Origin: Candidatus Caccalectryoclostridium excrementigallinarum
GTDB taxonomy: Bacteria; Bacillota; Clostridia; Christensenellales; UBA3700
DNA: 64,000 bases
Direction: 5' to 3'
Assembly: GCA_018714485.1 (NCBI GenBank)
Contig: DVNJ01000001.1
Location: 94,985-158,984, forward strand
Under the pieces are notes generated by a model that was not told where the DNA came from, made no database searches, and was given only the letters and a program-made list of their open reading frames with translations. Made by a program: the position numbers and the translations under genes. Shown in pieces: positions 18,671 through 29,668 of this stretch (the stretch's first letter is position 1; the number at the start of each line of letters is the position of its first letter).

Positions 18671-20230
18671 TCACAAGTTTTCCGGCATATCGTTTTCGAT
18701 AAGCAGCACGTCGCCCTCTCTCAATATGCGAGCGAACAGCTTCTGCGCCCTTTCAAGGCTGCTTTCGATATATATGCGCTCGGGCGGAAAAGCGTGCTTT
18801 TCCAAGCCGCGGCGCAAAAATTCCGCCTTCACGCCGATGAGCACGACGATGTCCGCCACGCACGCGATCTGCTCGCCGAGCGCCGTGTTGAGTTTTTCGT
18901 CTGCTTTTCCCGCCTCGGCGAATCCCTGAGCCGCCACCACCTTTCTGCCCTTGAAGAGCGAAAGCGCGTCGAGAGCCGCCTTAGCTCCGCGAACATTCGA
19001 GTTATAGCCGTCATCCAAAATCGTTATCCCGCCGCGAGTCTTCAAAACTTCCAGCCTGTGCGGCACGGGCGCGATCTCACTTGCGCGCTCGCATAACTCG
19101 TTCACGTCCTCGCCCAAGGCAAGACAGGTCTGCATCGCAAGACAAAAGTTTTCTATATTATGCCTGCCTACGAGCCGCAGAAAACAGCGCCTCTCTTCGC
19201 CGCCCGCTTTGAGGAAAAAGCGGCTCCCCTCCTCGTCAAGCTCGACATCGGAGAAAGAAACGCTGCGCTCTCCCGTGATAAATTTCCGCCTTAACACGCA
19301 TTTTTTGAACATATCGGCGCAAAGATCGTCATAGCCGTTGAAGACGGCGATCCCCTTACAGGGAAGAGAATCGATAAGTTCGCCCTTTGTCGCAACAATG
19401 TTTTCCAGCGACTTGAAAGTCTTCAAATGCTGCGGCGCTATCCCTGTGATCACGCCTATTTGCGGACGCACGATCGAGCAAAGGCGGGCGATGTCGCCCC
19501 TGCGCCCCGCTCCCATCTCGCAGATAAAATACTTCACTCCCTCCGGCATACCGGAGATCGCCTTGCAAACGCCCATGGGCGTGTTATACGAGGCGGGGGT
19601 CGCATACGCCCGCTCGCCGAGCAACGCCGCTATCATGTTTTTCACGCTCGTCTTGCCGTAACTGCCCGTAACGCCTATCACGACAAGCCCGCTCATGCTC
19701 TCCAATCTGCGCCGCGCTCTTTTCACAAAGCGGGAAAATATGAGCGCTTCGAGAGGATAGATAAAAGCGCGCGCCAAAGCCGCCCCGGGCAGAGTCAGGA
19801 GGGGGACAAGAAAGAGCGCCACAAAAGCTCCCTTACCGCTTTCGAATATTACCGCACCTATCTGAGTAAGCAGACGCGCGAGGAAAAAGTCAATGACGAA
19901 AAGTGCACAAAGCAGACGAACCGCACGCGGCGTAAATTTGAGATGCTGCTTTGATCTAACCCAAGTGCATAAAGTAAACAAGCAGGCGCTCAAGCTGAAA
20001 ACGCCGAGATAGAGCCAAAGCGCATATTCGGCGTCAAAGCTTTGCTCAAAGGCGTAAGCCGCCGCCGTGAGCGCCGCCCAGACAAGGGCGAGAAGGGCAA
20101 GGCGTAATTGCTCCCGCGCCGCCTTTTTCCCGAGAGAAAGGCGGTATCCCGCGCGCTGGATATGCCCCAAGGTTTCAAGGGATAATAAAGCCGCCGCCAC
20201 CGCGGCGACAAACGCGATCGCCCATTCCAT
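18671..20230 (-). CDS. murF: UDP-MurNAc-tripeptide--D-Ala-D-Ala ligase with an N-terminal membrane region
   Basis: Motifs GVTGSYGKTSVK, SYNTPMG, EMGA, PHRLE and DDGYNSN; adjacent to ddl. Confidence 0.88.
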   Translation of the reverse strand: MEWAIAFVAAVAAALLSLETLGHIQRAGYRLSLGKKAAREQLRLALLALVWAALTAAAYAFEQSFDAEYALWLYLGVFSLSACLFTLCTWVRSKQHLKFTPRAVRLLCALFVIDFFLARLLTQIGAVIFESGKGAFVALFLVPLLTLPGAALARAFIYPLEALIFSRFVKRARRRLESMSGLVVIGVTGSYGKTSVKNMIAALLGERAYATPASYNTPMGVCKAISGMPEGVKYFICEMGAGRRGDIARLCSIVRPQIGVITGIAPQHLKTFKSLENIVATKGELIDSLPCKGIAVFNGYDDLCADMFKKCVLRRKFITGERSVSFSDVELDEEGSRFFLKAGGEERRCFLRLVGRHNIENFCLAMQTCLALGEDVNELCERASEIAPVPHRLEVLKTRGGITILDDGYNSNVRGAKAALDALSLFKGRKVVAAQGFAEAGKADEKLNTALGEQIACVADIVVLIGVKAEFLRRGLEKHAFPPERIYIESSLERAQKLFARILREGDVLLIENDMPENL

Positions 20231-20930
20231 AAAACACCCCGTTGACAAAATTTCTGATCAAACTCAGCGTCTTATTGACCTCGTCGAGATAACAAAAATG
20301 TCCGCCTTCAAGCATGACAAGCCGCGAGTTTTTTATCCTCTTGTGCATTTTATGCGCCATATAGGGCGGCGTGTCCCTGTCTTTTTTGCCCCAGATCAGC
20401 AATACGGGCTTTTTTATGCTGCAAAGAGCGTCGTCCTGATATGTGTTGACGATGTTCACGAAAGTGCGCTTCATGAGCGGCGAGAGCGCCCTAAAATCGG
20501 GCGAGCCGCAGTCGGACAGATCGCGGCGCAGCAGCTTTTTCAGTGCGTATTTGCATTTTCGGGCAAGTCTTTTCAAGGTCGGACGCGGCTTGACGCCCGC
20601 TCCGTCCATGATGACAAGCGCTTTTATCCTTTGCTCGAGGGCAAGTTCGAGCGCCACTCTGCCGCCGAAGGAATGCGCGATGACGACGACCCGCTCCGCC
20701 CTTTCTTTTTCAAGTATACTCTTTACTCCGTCTACAAAGTCGTGCAAGAAATAGACATGTTCGGCGCCCGTCTGTCCGTGACCGTAAAAATCGGGCGCGA
20801 TACAGCGATAGGTGTCGCTCAAACTGTCGATAAGCGGCATCATCGAGGCGTACGATCCGCCCCAGCCATGCAAAAAAAGAAGGGTTTTTTCGCCCTTGCC
20901 CTTGACGATATAGTGCATTTGCTCTTCCAT
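20175..20930 (-). CDS. Alpha/beta-fold hydrolase
   Basis: Motifs FLHGWGG, AHSFGG nucleophile elbow, WGKKDRDTP and GGHF. Confidence 0.9.
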   Translation of the reverse strand: MEEQMHYIVKGKGEKTLLFLHGWGGSYASMMPLIDSLSDTYRCIAPDFYGHGQTGAEHVYFLHDFVDGVKSILEKERAERVVVIAHSFGGRVALELALEQRIKALVIMDGAGVKPRPTLKRLARKCKYALKKLLRRDLSDCGSPDFRALSPLMKRTFVNIVNTYQDDALCSIKKPVLLIWGKKDRDTPPYMAHKMHKRIKNSRLVMLEGGHFCYLDEVNKTLSLIRNFVNGVFYGMGDRVCRRGGGGFIIP

Positions 20931-20963
20931 ATCATATAAGATATGAAAAAATCGACAATTAGG

Positions 20964-21401
20964 TTAAGTGCAATAAAAATACAAAACGGCATCTTCCTCG
21001 CCGTCGTAATATTTTTTCCTGAGAGAATATTGCTTGAAGGAGAATTTTTCGTAAAGCGCGCGCGCCGCCTTGTTGGAAGAGCGCACTTCGAGATACAGCC
21101 GTTCCACTCCCCGCTCTTTCGCCTTTTCTAGCATATCGCGCATGAGCGCCTTGCCCACGCCCGCGCCGCGCAGGCGGGCGAGCACGGCGATATTGTTCAC
21201 GTCGCCTTCGTCGAGACAATAATAAAAACTGTAATAACCCGCGATCGCGCCTTGTGCCTCGGCGACACGCGCCACGGCGTTGGGAGCGCAGGCGAGCGCG
21301 GTGAGCGAGCCCTGCGACCATGGCTTTGAAAAAGCCTCGCACTCGATCTCGTAAACGGCGCGCACGTCTTCCGCGCGCATATCCCTGATACTAATTTCCA
21401 T
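20964..21401 (-). CDS. rimI: RimI-like GNAT N-acetyltransferase
   Basis: Motifs FSKPWS, NIAV, RGAGVG, LEVRSSNKAARALY and RKKYY; follows tsaB. Confidence 0.88.
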   Translation of the reverse strand: MEISIRDMRAEDVRAVYEIECEAFSKPWSQGSLTALACAPNAVARVAEAQGAIAGYYSFYYCLDEGDVNNIAVLARLRGAGVGKALMRDMLEKAKERGVERLYLEVRSSNKAARALYEKFSFKQYSLRKKYYDGEEDAVLYFYCT

Positions 21402-21978
21402 CGGCGAGCCTTTCCGCCTGCGATTTTTTCAGGTAAAGGGGCGAAAGTGAAGGCACAAAGGCGCCGCTTTGCGCAAGATATTCCGCCGCCGCAGCCATGG
21501 TCTCGGCTTTTAAGCTGCCTTCGTGGCGCACGACCTTGATCTCGAGCGCCGCGATCTCGCTCTCCTGAGCCGCCCCACACTCGCTCATATGCAGCCAATC
21601 GCCGTCAAATCGCGCCAGGTAGCTCTCCGTCGGACGGCATTGCAGCGCGACGGCAAAGCTGCCCTTTTCGCCGAAAGCGCGAACTTGCAGCGAATTGAGC
21701 GCGATGATTTTGGCGCCCGTGGCGCGCGCGAGCGCGTGAGCCGTCGAAACGCCTATGCGGATACCCGTGAAAGATCCCGGTCCGACCACGCATGCGATCG
21801 CGTCCAAGTCGCGCACGCTTATCCCCGCACGCGACAAAAGCTCGTCGGCAAAAGGCAGAATGAGCGAATTATGTTTTCTGCTGCCCTCGCCGCCGCTGTC
21901 TAAGGCGAAAACTTTCCCTTTTGCGCTCAACGCGAGGGTCAGGACCTTACCCGCGCAGTCAATCGAGAGGATATTCAT
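21391..21978 (-). CDS. tsaB: tRNA t6A biosynthesis protein TsaB
   Basis: Motifs GPGSFTGIRIG and PLYLKKSQAER. Confidence 0.92.
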   Translation of the reverse strand: MNILSIDCAGKVLTLALSAKGKVFALDSGGEGSRKHNSLILPFADELLSRAGISVRDLDAIACVVGPGSFTGIRIGVSTAHALARATGAKIIALNSLQVRAFGEKGSFAVALQCRPTESYLARFDGDWLHMSECGAAQESEIAALEIKVVRHEGSLKAETMAAAAEYLAQSGAFVPSLSPLYLKKSQAERLADGN

Positions 21979-22388
21979 AGCGCCGCCCCCTGTATTTCGA
22001 TCTCTCTGGGCGCGTCACCCGATCCCGAGATCGACACATTTATCACATTTTTCAGATCTTCGAACTTATTCCATTCGATCGCGCAGACGCCCTCTTTGTC
22101 GCCGAGATATTCTTCAAGCCCCAGCTCGTAAAGCTCGCTTGCGTCAGTGACGCGATACATGTCGTAATGATGCAAAGTAAGCCTGCCCTTATAGCTTTTC
22201 ATAAAGGTGAAAGTCGGACTGGTCACGACCTCTTTGACGCCGAGCGCCGCCGCAAGCCCCTTTGTGAAAGCGGTCTTTCCCGCCCCGAGGTCGCCCGTGA
22301 GCAAAATTATCTCCCCGCCTTTCAGCGTGCGGGCGAGTTTTTGCGCCAAAGCATAGGTGTCTTCGAGAGTTTTGCAGACAAATTTCAT
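21975..22388 (-). CDS. tsaE: tRNA t6A biosynthesis ATPase TsaE
   Basis: Motifs [20 protein letters not shown] and IEW. Confidence 0.95.
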   Translation of the reverse strand: MKFVCKTLEDTYALAQKLARTLKGGEIILLTGDLGAGKTAFTKGLAAALGVKEVVTSPTFTFMKSYKGRLTLHHYDMYRVTDASELYELGLEEYLGDKEGVCAIEWNKFEDLKNVINVSISGSGDAPREIEIQGAAL

Positions 22389-22394
22389 AAAACA

Positions 22395-22423
22395 ATTATA
22401 ATATACTTGACATCTTAAAGCAA
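22395..22423 (-). promoter_or_regulatory. sigmaA promoter of tsaE (apparently leaderless)
   Basis: TTGCTT-17 nt-TATAAT, then 6 nt, then ATG 22388; no SD. Confidence 0.65.
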
Positions 22424-22435
22424 TCGTTTCATAAT
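22407..22435 (+). promoter_or_regulatory. sigmaA promoter of the riboswitch-ribU unit
   Basis: TTGACA-17 nt-CATAAT directly before the aptamer. Confidence 0.75.
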
Positions 22436-22441
22436 GAAATC

Positions 22442-22556
22442 AATCTTTGAGGTCGAGTGAAATTCTCTACCGGCGGTAAAGTCCGCTAACGCCTCCTCGG
22501 CGCCGAACGGGTGAAATTCCCGTACCGACGGTCAAAGTCCGGACAGGAAAGGAGTT
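22442..22556 (+). ncRNA. FMN (RFN)-class riboswitch, variant sequence; SD embedded in the P1 3' strand
   Basis: Two GTGAAATTC T-loop hairpins, ACCGGCGGT, AGTCCGC, CCGACGGT and AGTCCGGA; directly upstream of an ECF S-component gene. Confidence 0.92.
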
Positions 22557-22558
22557 TT

Positions 22559-23356
22559 ATGAAAAAAATCAAATTCAATGCGCGTTTTGTCGCGTGGACT
22601 GCCGTTTTTGCGGCGCTCGCTGCCGTTTTGCAGCTGCTCGAATTCCATTTGCCGATACTGCCCACTTTCTTAGCTGTGGACTTCTCCGAACTGCCCGCCG
22701 TCTTGGCGTCCTTTTCGCTCGGACCCACGTCGGGCGTCTTGGTCTGCCTGATCAAAAATCTCATCAAGCTCATCACCACGACCACGGGCGGCGTGGGCGA
22801 ACTTGCGAACTTTTTGATCGGCATCTTCTATGTCATTCCCGCGGGATTTATCTATAAATACCGTCATACCTTCGGCGGCGCGGTGATCGGCATGGTCGTC
22901 GGCATAGTCTGCTGCGGACTCATCAGCGTCCCGCTCAATTATTACATAACCTATCCCGTCTACTATAACTTCATGGCTCCGGACGCCATTTTGGGCATGT
23001 ACCGCGCCATCTATCCGGGAACAGAGTCCATTCTTCAGGCGCTGTTCATCTTCAACCTGCCCATGACCGCGGGCAAGATGCTCGTCAATTCGGCGATCAC
23101 GCTTTTGGTCTATAAAAAACTTTCCAACCTGATAAAGTTCGGCTTCAAGCGCAAGAAAAAAGCGGTCCCCGCGCAGACGGCGGCAGGCAACGTGGGCTGC
23201 GCGCAGATCGGAGAGAAACCTTCTTCGACTCGCACGGCGTCGAGATGCCCTTTTTGCGGCGCGGACTTAGACGCGAAAAACGCTGACGAGTGCCCTTACT
23301 GCAAGACAAAATTCGTCGCGGAAAACAAGCCGGACGAAAGAAAAGAAGACAAATAA
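22559..23356 (+). CDS. ribU: ECF transporter S component (RibU-like) with a C-terminal zinc-ribbon extension
   Basis: FLAVDFSELPAV, LIKNLI and GGVGELANF typical of RibU; FMN-class riboswitch upstream; tail CPFC-x10-CPYC. Confidence 0.82.
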   Translation: MKKIKFNARFVAWTAVFAALAAVLQLLEFHLPILPTFLAVDFSELPAVLASFSLGPTSGVLVCLIKNLIKLITTTTGGVGELANFLIGIFYVIPAGFIYKYRHTFGGAVIGMVVGIVCCGLISVPLNYYITYPVYYNFMAPDAILGMYRAIYPGTESILQALFIFNLPMTAGKMLVNSAITLLVYKKLSNLIKFGFKRKKKAVPAQTAAGNVGCAQIGEKPSSTRTASRCPFCGADLDAKNADECPYCKTKFVAENKPDERKEDK

Positions 23357-23361
23357 GCGCG

Positions 23362-23388
23362 AAAAAGCGGGGCACGCCCCGCTTTTTT
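23362..23388. terminator. Bidirectional terminator after ribU
   Basis: AAAAAGCGGGGC-AC-GCCCCGCTTTTTT. Confidence 0.85.
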
Positions 23389-23435
23389 CAAGCCGAAAGT
23401 CATTCGCTTTGCCGATTTTTTGCGCCGCGCCCGTT

Positions 23436-23795
23436 TTATTCGAGTATTCCCGCCCTCTTCAAGGCGTTGCCGATGAGGCGGCGCACTTCTTCTTCGGACA
23501 AGTCGGACTCGGACGCCTTTTTCGCAAGATAGAAAATGTCGCTGTCCGTACTTATCACGACTTCGCGGCAGGAAAATTCTTCCTTGACCGCCTGCTTCAA
23601 AGCGTTCTTATATGCCTGCGCCTCAGAACGCCCGAACATGGGGCGGACTTTGGCGGCAACGAGCGCAATGTCTTCATACATCACGCAATATGCCTCTTCC
23701 ACGCCTTCATAGGCGCAGACGAACTGCGTCAGATCCGCGTCGAAGAGCGCGCATGGCAAGGACGCAAAACTCACTATCGCCATCAAAGTATTCAT
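23436..23795 (-). CDS. Putative YhcN/YlaJ-like sporulation protein
   Basis: EGVEEAYCVMYEDIALVAAK...EVVISTDSDIF pattern resembles YhcN/YlaJ; forespore-type promoter upstream. Confidence 0.5.
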   Translation of the reverse strand: MNTLMAIVSFASLPCALFDADLTQFVCAYEGVEEAYCVMYEDIALVAAKVRPMFGRSEAQAYKNALKQAVKEEFSCREVVISTDSDIFYLAKKASESDLSEEEVRRLIGNALKRAGILE

Positions 23796-23800
23796 GAAAG

Positions 23801-23829
23801 CAATATGCGCAAATAAAAAATATTTATCC
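23801..23829 (-). promoter_or_regulatory. Forespore (sigmaG/F-like) promoter
   Basis: GGATA-17 nt-CATATTG, then 5 nt, then ATG 23795. Confidence 0.5.
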
Positions 23830-23842
23830 GCGAGCGAAAAAT

Positions 23843-25036
23843 TTAATCGGCTGCGCCGAAATAATATGCGTAAGCCTGCGCCGTGAGCGGATACATTTCT
23901 CCGCCCTTTTTGCGCACGTTGTCATACGAAGCTTTAAGGCAGGCGCGAAAACCCTCTTTGAAATCGCTCAGCATGACGCGGCGCAGCTCGTCCACGCCCG
24001 GATAGTCGCGTCCCTCTTCGAGGACGTCGGCGCTGAAAATAAGTTTTTCCATAGTACTCATGCCCGCCCTTCCCGTGCAATGATAACGTATGCCGTTCAA
24101 TATCTCCTCGTCCTTCACGCCGAAGACGCTCTCGGCGAGCACCGCGCCCACGAACTGATGCTCCACGGGTTTACCCACGGCGTCCGCGGGAATGAGCTTG
24201 ACGTCGAAAGGTTCGGGACAGGCGACTTTCTGCCTGTCCTCTTCGTCCGCCTGCGGAGAAAGCGGCATTTTTGCCCTGTTGAGATCGAACACGGAACTGC
24301 CTTTGCCGCAGTCATGCAAGAGCCCCGCCAAAAACACTTTTTCCTCGTCTAACCTCAGGCGCAGCCTGACGTTGAGCATGAGGGCATATTCGCAGGTGCG
24401 CTTGCAATGCTCAAAGCGCGCGGGCTTGACCATTTGCGCAAGGCGGGTCAAAACGCGGGAATAATTGTTATAAACAGCGTTCTTTTCGATATATTCGGCG
24501 ACTTTCTCGTCAAGACCGACATAGTTGCCAAGCTCGGCGCGCAGGCGCGCCAAGGTGGAGGAGATGTCGGAAGGATAATAATCCATGACGCGGATATCCG
24601 CGCCCATGCCGCGCCAATAGTCGAGCGCGCGCTCGAACTCCCCGTCTCTGCCCGCCCTGCGGCAGACGAGGAAGGGGCACATTTTGATTATCTTTTCCGG
24701 CTCATGCCACTTTTTCAGGTCTATGAGGCTGTCTCCGCCGATGAGATAGTGCGCGCCGCGATATTTTTTCAGTACTTCGGGCAGCACTTCGGACGTGTAA
24801 TTCACGCCACCGACTTTAAGCTCGTGATCGTCGATGATGAACTTGTCCGAGCCGCGCGCGGCAATGCGCAGCATCTCGAGCCGCGTTTGCGCGCTCACGT
24901 TGCAGCTCTTATGCGGCGGGATCCCCGACGGCAGCAAGACCACCCTGTCATAGCCGCTCGAGAGGGCGTGACGGGCGATGGCGATATGTTCGAGATGAGG
25001 CGGATTGAAGGTCCCGCCGTAGATGACGTATTTCAT
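23843..25036 (-). CDS. nadD: Nicotinate-nucleotide adenylyltransferase NadD fused to a YqeK-type HD hydrolase
   Basis: N-terminal GGTFNPPH, IGGDSL..W and ISST; C-terminal RFEH, AGLLHDCGK, IRYHCTG, ADVLEEGRDYPGV. Confidence 0.9.
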   Translation of the reverse strand: MKYVIYGGTFNPPHLEHIAIARHALSSGYDRVVLLPSGIPPHKSCNVSAQTRLEMLRIAARGSDKFIIDDHELKVGGVNYTSEVLPEVLKKYRGAHYLIGGDSLIDLKKWHEPEKIIKMCPFLVCRRAGRDGEFERALDYWRGMGADIRVMDYYPSDISSTLARLRAELGNYVGLDEKVAEYIEKNAVYNNYSRVLTRLAQMVKPARFEHCKRTCEYALMLNVRLRLRLDEEKVFLAGLLHDCGKGSSVFDLNRAKMPLSPQADEEDRQKVACPEPFDVKLIPADAVGKPVEHQFVGAVLAESVFGVKDEEILNGIRYHCTGRAGMSTMEKLIFSADVLEEGRDYPGVDELRRVMLSDFKEGFRACLKASYDNVRKKGGEMYPLTAQAYAYYFGAAD

Positions 25037-25043
25037 TAGGGAT

Positions 25044-25072
25044 ATTATAGCACTTACACGCGCTTTGGTAAA
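25044..25072 (-). promoter_or_regulatory. sigmaA promoter of nadD (apparently leaderless)
   Basis: TTTACC-17 nt-TATAAT (TG-extended), then 7 nt, then ATG; no SD. Confidence 0.65.
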
Positions 25073-25073
25073 G

Positions 25074-25102
25074 GAATAAGGCGGAAGTTTACGTCAATAA
25101 TA
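25074..25102 (+). promoter_or_regulatory. Forespore (sigmaG/F-like) promoter of a hypothetical membrane gene
   Basis: GAATA-17 nt-AATAATA, then 5 nt, then ATG 25108. Confidence 0.5.
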
Positions 25103-25107
25103 GCGCT

Positions 25108-25902
25108 ATGGGAAGATATGCTGACTTCGTTCTTTTGCAGTTCATGGTCTTCACGGCGGCTTTGACCGTCTGCGCCTTTTTCGGGCTTTACGCGCCTCTC
25201 GCGGCGGGAATCGCGCTCGCCTGCGCCCTGCTCACGGGACTTATCGGCGTCGCCCTTTCGCGCCGTGAGAAAAAGAGCGGCGGCATAAGTTTCAAAAATT
25301 GGGTATTTTTCTGCAAAGCGGGCGGAGACGAAAGGCTCGAAAAGACCGCCTTGAACGTTTTTCGCACTCTTAGGGCGGCTGAAAGCTCGGAAGGGATAAT
25401 TTTCACGGGCGACTTCGCCGTCGCCGTTTTCGCGCGCTTTGCTCCCCTTTCGGCGGACGCTTCGGCGGCGCTTTTCCGTAAATGCGAACGCTTGGGCATA
25501 AAGAGTCTACATATCCTCTCGCCCAACCGCGAAAGCCGCGCCGCCGCGATCGGAGTAAGGCTCGGCTTTGAAGTGAGGCAGCTGCCTTTGCGCGCCTTTT
25601 ACCGCTTGGCGTGCGGCGCGGGCGAAGTCCCGCAAAAAACAAAGCGCGCCCTCAAACGGGGCGCAGCCTTGAAAGCCGCCTCGGCGCGGCTCTTTCGCCG
25701 CGACATCGCGGCGCGCTTTTGTCTCGCGGCGCTCGCGCTCTGCCTCTTGTCGCAGGTAACGCCGCTGCAAACTTATTATCTGAGCGTTTCCGCTCTTTCG
25801 CTCCTCTTCTCACTCGTCTGCTTTGCCTTTTCTCTCAAAGGCTACGGAAAAGACGATTCGCCTCTTCTGCCCGAGAGTGAAAAGCTCTTGACGAAGAGAT
25901 GA
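25108..25902 (+). CDS. Hypothetical membrane protein (2 TM, soluble domain, 2 TM)
   Basis: 264-aa ORF filling the gap between nadD and yhbY; hydrophobic pairs at both ends. Confidence 0.7.
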   Translation: MGRYADFVLLQFMVFTAALTVCAFFGLYAPLAAGIALACALLTGLIGVALSRREKKSGGISFKNWVFFCKAGGDERLEKTALNVFRTLRAAESSEGIIFTGDFAVAVFARFAPLSADASAALFRKCERLGIKSLHILSPNRESRAAAIGVRLGFEVRQLPLRAFYRLACGAGEVPQKTKRALKRGAALKAASARLFRRDIAARFCLAALALCLLSQVTPLQTYYLSVSALSLLFSLVCFAFSLKGYGKDDSPLLPESEKLLTKR

Positions 25903-25903
25903 G

Positions 25904-26203
25904 CTATCCCAAGATATGCTTCACGCCCTCTTTTTTCGACGGACGGTAAAGGACGATCTTGAAGCCGACCGCCTGAACGGGCGCGGCGTCAAGCTCTTGA
26001 GCCAATTCGTCCACAAGCTCGCGCGGCTTTACGTCCGCGGTGCGTAAAACGGTTATTTTGACGAGTTCTCTGCTCTCGAGCTGATCGGAGAGCATGTCCA
26101 AAAATGCGTCCGTGATGCCGTTTTTACCTATCTGCGCCGTGGGCTGCAATTTCATGGCAAGCCCGCGCAGACGGGCGCGTTGAGATGAAGAAATAACTAA
26201 CAT
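25904..26203 (-). CDS. yhbY: YhbY/CRM-domain RNA-binding protein
   Basis: QRARLRGLA, QIGKNGIT, ELVKITVL and IVLYRPS; downstream of obgE. Confidence 0.9.
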   Translation of the reverse strand: MLVISSSQRARLRGLAMKLQPTAQIGKNGITDAFLDMLSDQLESRELVKITVLRTADVKPRELVDELAQELDAAPVQAVGFKIVLYRPSKKEGVKHILG

Positions 26204-26206
26204 AAC

Positions 26207-28848
<2,642 letters not shown>

Positions 28849-28849
28849 A

Positions 28850-29668
28850 TCAATACCTCATCATGCGGCAGTCGTTGCCTCTCTTCTTATAAAAGTCCAC
28901 GCGTTGCATAGCCTCTTTGAAGTCCACCTGGTGACCGTCGAATTCCGGTCCGTCCACGCAGGCGTACTTGGTCTCCCCGCCCACGGTTATGCGGCAGCAG
29001 CCGCACATGCCCGTTCCGTCGAGCATGAGCGAATTCATGCTCACCACGGTGGGTATGCCGTATTTCGCGGTGACGTCGCAGACATTCTTCATCATTATCA
29101 TCGGTCCGACGACGAACACGCAGTCTATTTTTTCGCCGCCCGTGATGAGCAGTTCGAGCTGAGTGGTGACAAAGCCCTTCAAGCCCTCACTGCCGTCGTC
29201 CGTGGTGATATAGAGCTTTTTGGCGAACTTTTTGAAGTCCTCTTTGGCAAAGAGCAGTTCGCTCGTCTTTGCGCCGATGATTATCGTGCAGGGCTTGCCC
29301 TCTTTCATGCGTTTTTTCGCCTGCGGATAGATGACCGCGCAGCCGATACCGCCGCCGACGAGCACCACGTTTTCGTATTGTTCAAGTTCGGTGGGGTTGC
29401 CGAGCGGACCCACGAGGTCGTGGATATAGTCTCCCGTTTTCAGAGCGCCTATCTTCGCCGTCGTCTCTCCGACCACTTGAACAAGAAGGGTTATCGTCCC
29501 CTTCTCTCTGTCGTAGTCGCAGATCGTGAACGGGACTCTTTCGCCGTCCGCGTCCACCCTAAGAATGATAAATTGACCGGGCTGACAATGGCACGCGACG
29601 TCGGGAGCATCCACTTCGAGCTTGACGACGCGGGGCGCGGTCTCTTCTATACTTAAAACTTTGTTCAT
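28850..29668 (-). CDS. nfnA: NfnA/SudB-type ferredoxin-NADP reductase small subunit
   Basis: PGQFIILR..ERVPFTI, GGGIGCA and DGTGMCGCCR...CVDGPEFDGH. Confidence 0.88.
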   Translation of the reverse strand: MNKVLSIEETAPRVVKLEVDAPDVACHCQPGQFIILRVDADGERVPFTICDYDREKGTITLLVQVVGETTAKIGALKTGDYIHDLVGPLGNPTELEQYENVVLVGGGIGCAVIYPQAKKRMKEGKPCTIIIGAKTSELLFAKEDFKKFAKKLYITTDDGSEGLKGFVTTQLELLITGGEKIDCVFVVGPMIMMKNVCDVTAKYGIPTVVSMNSLMLDGTGMCGCCRITVGGETKYACVDGPEFDGHQVDFKEAMQRVDFYKKRGNDCRMMRY

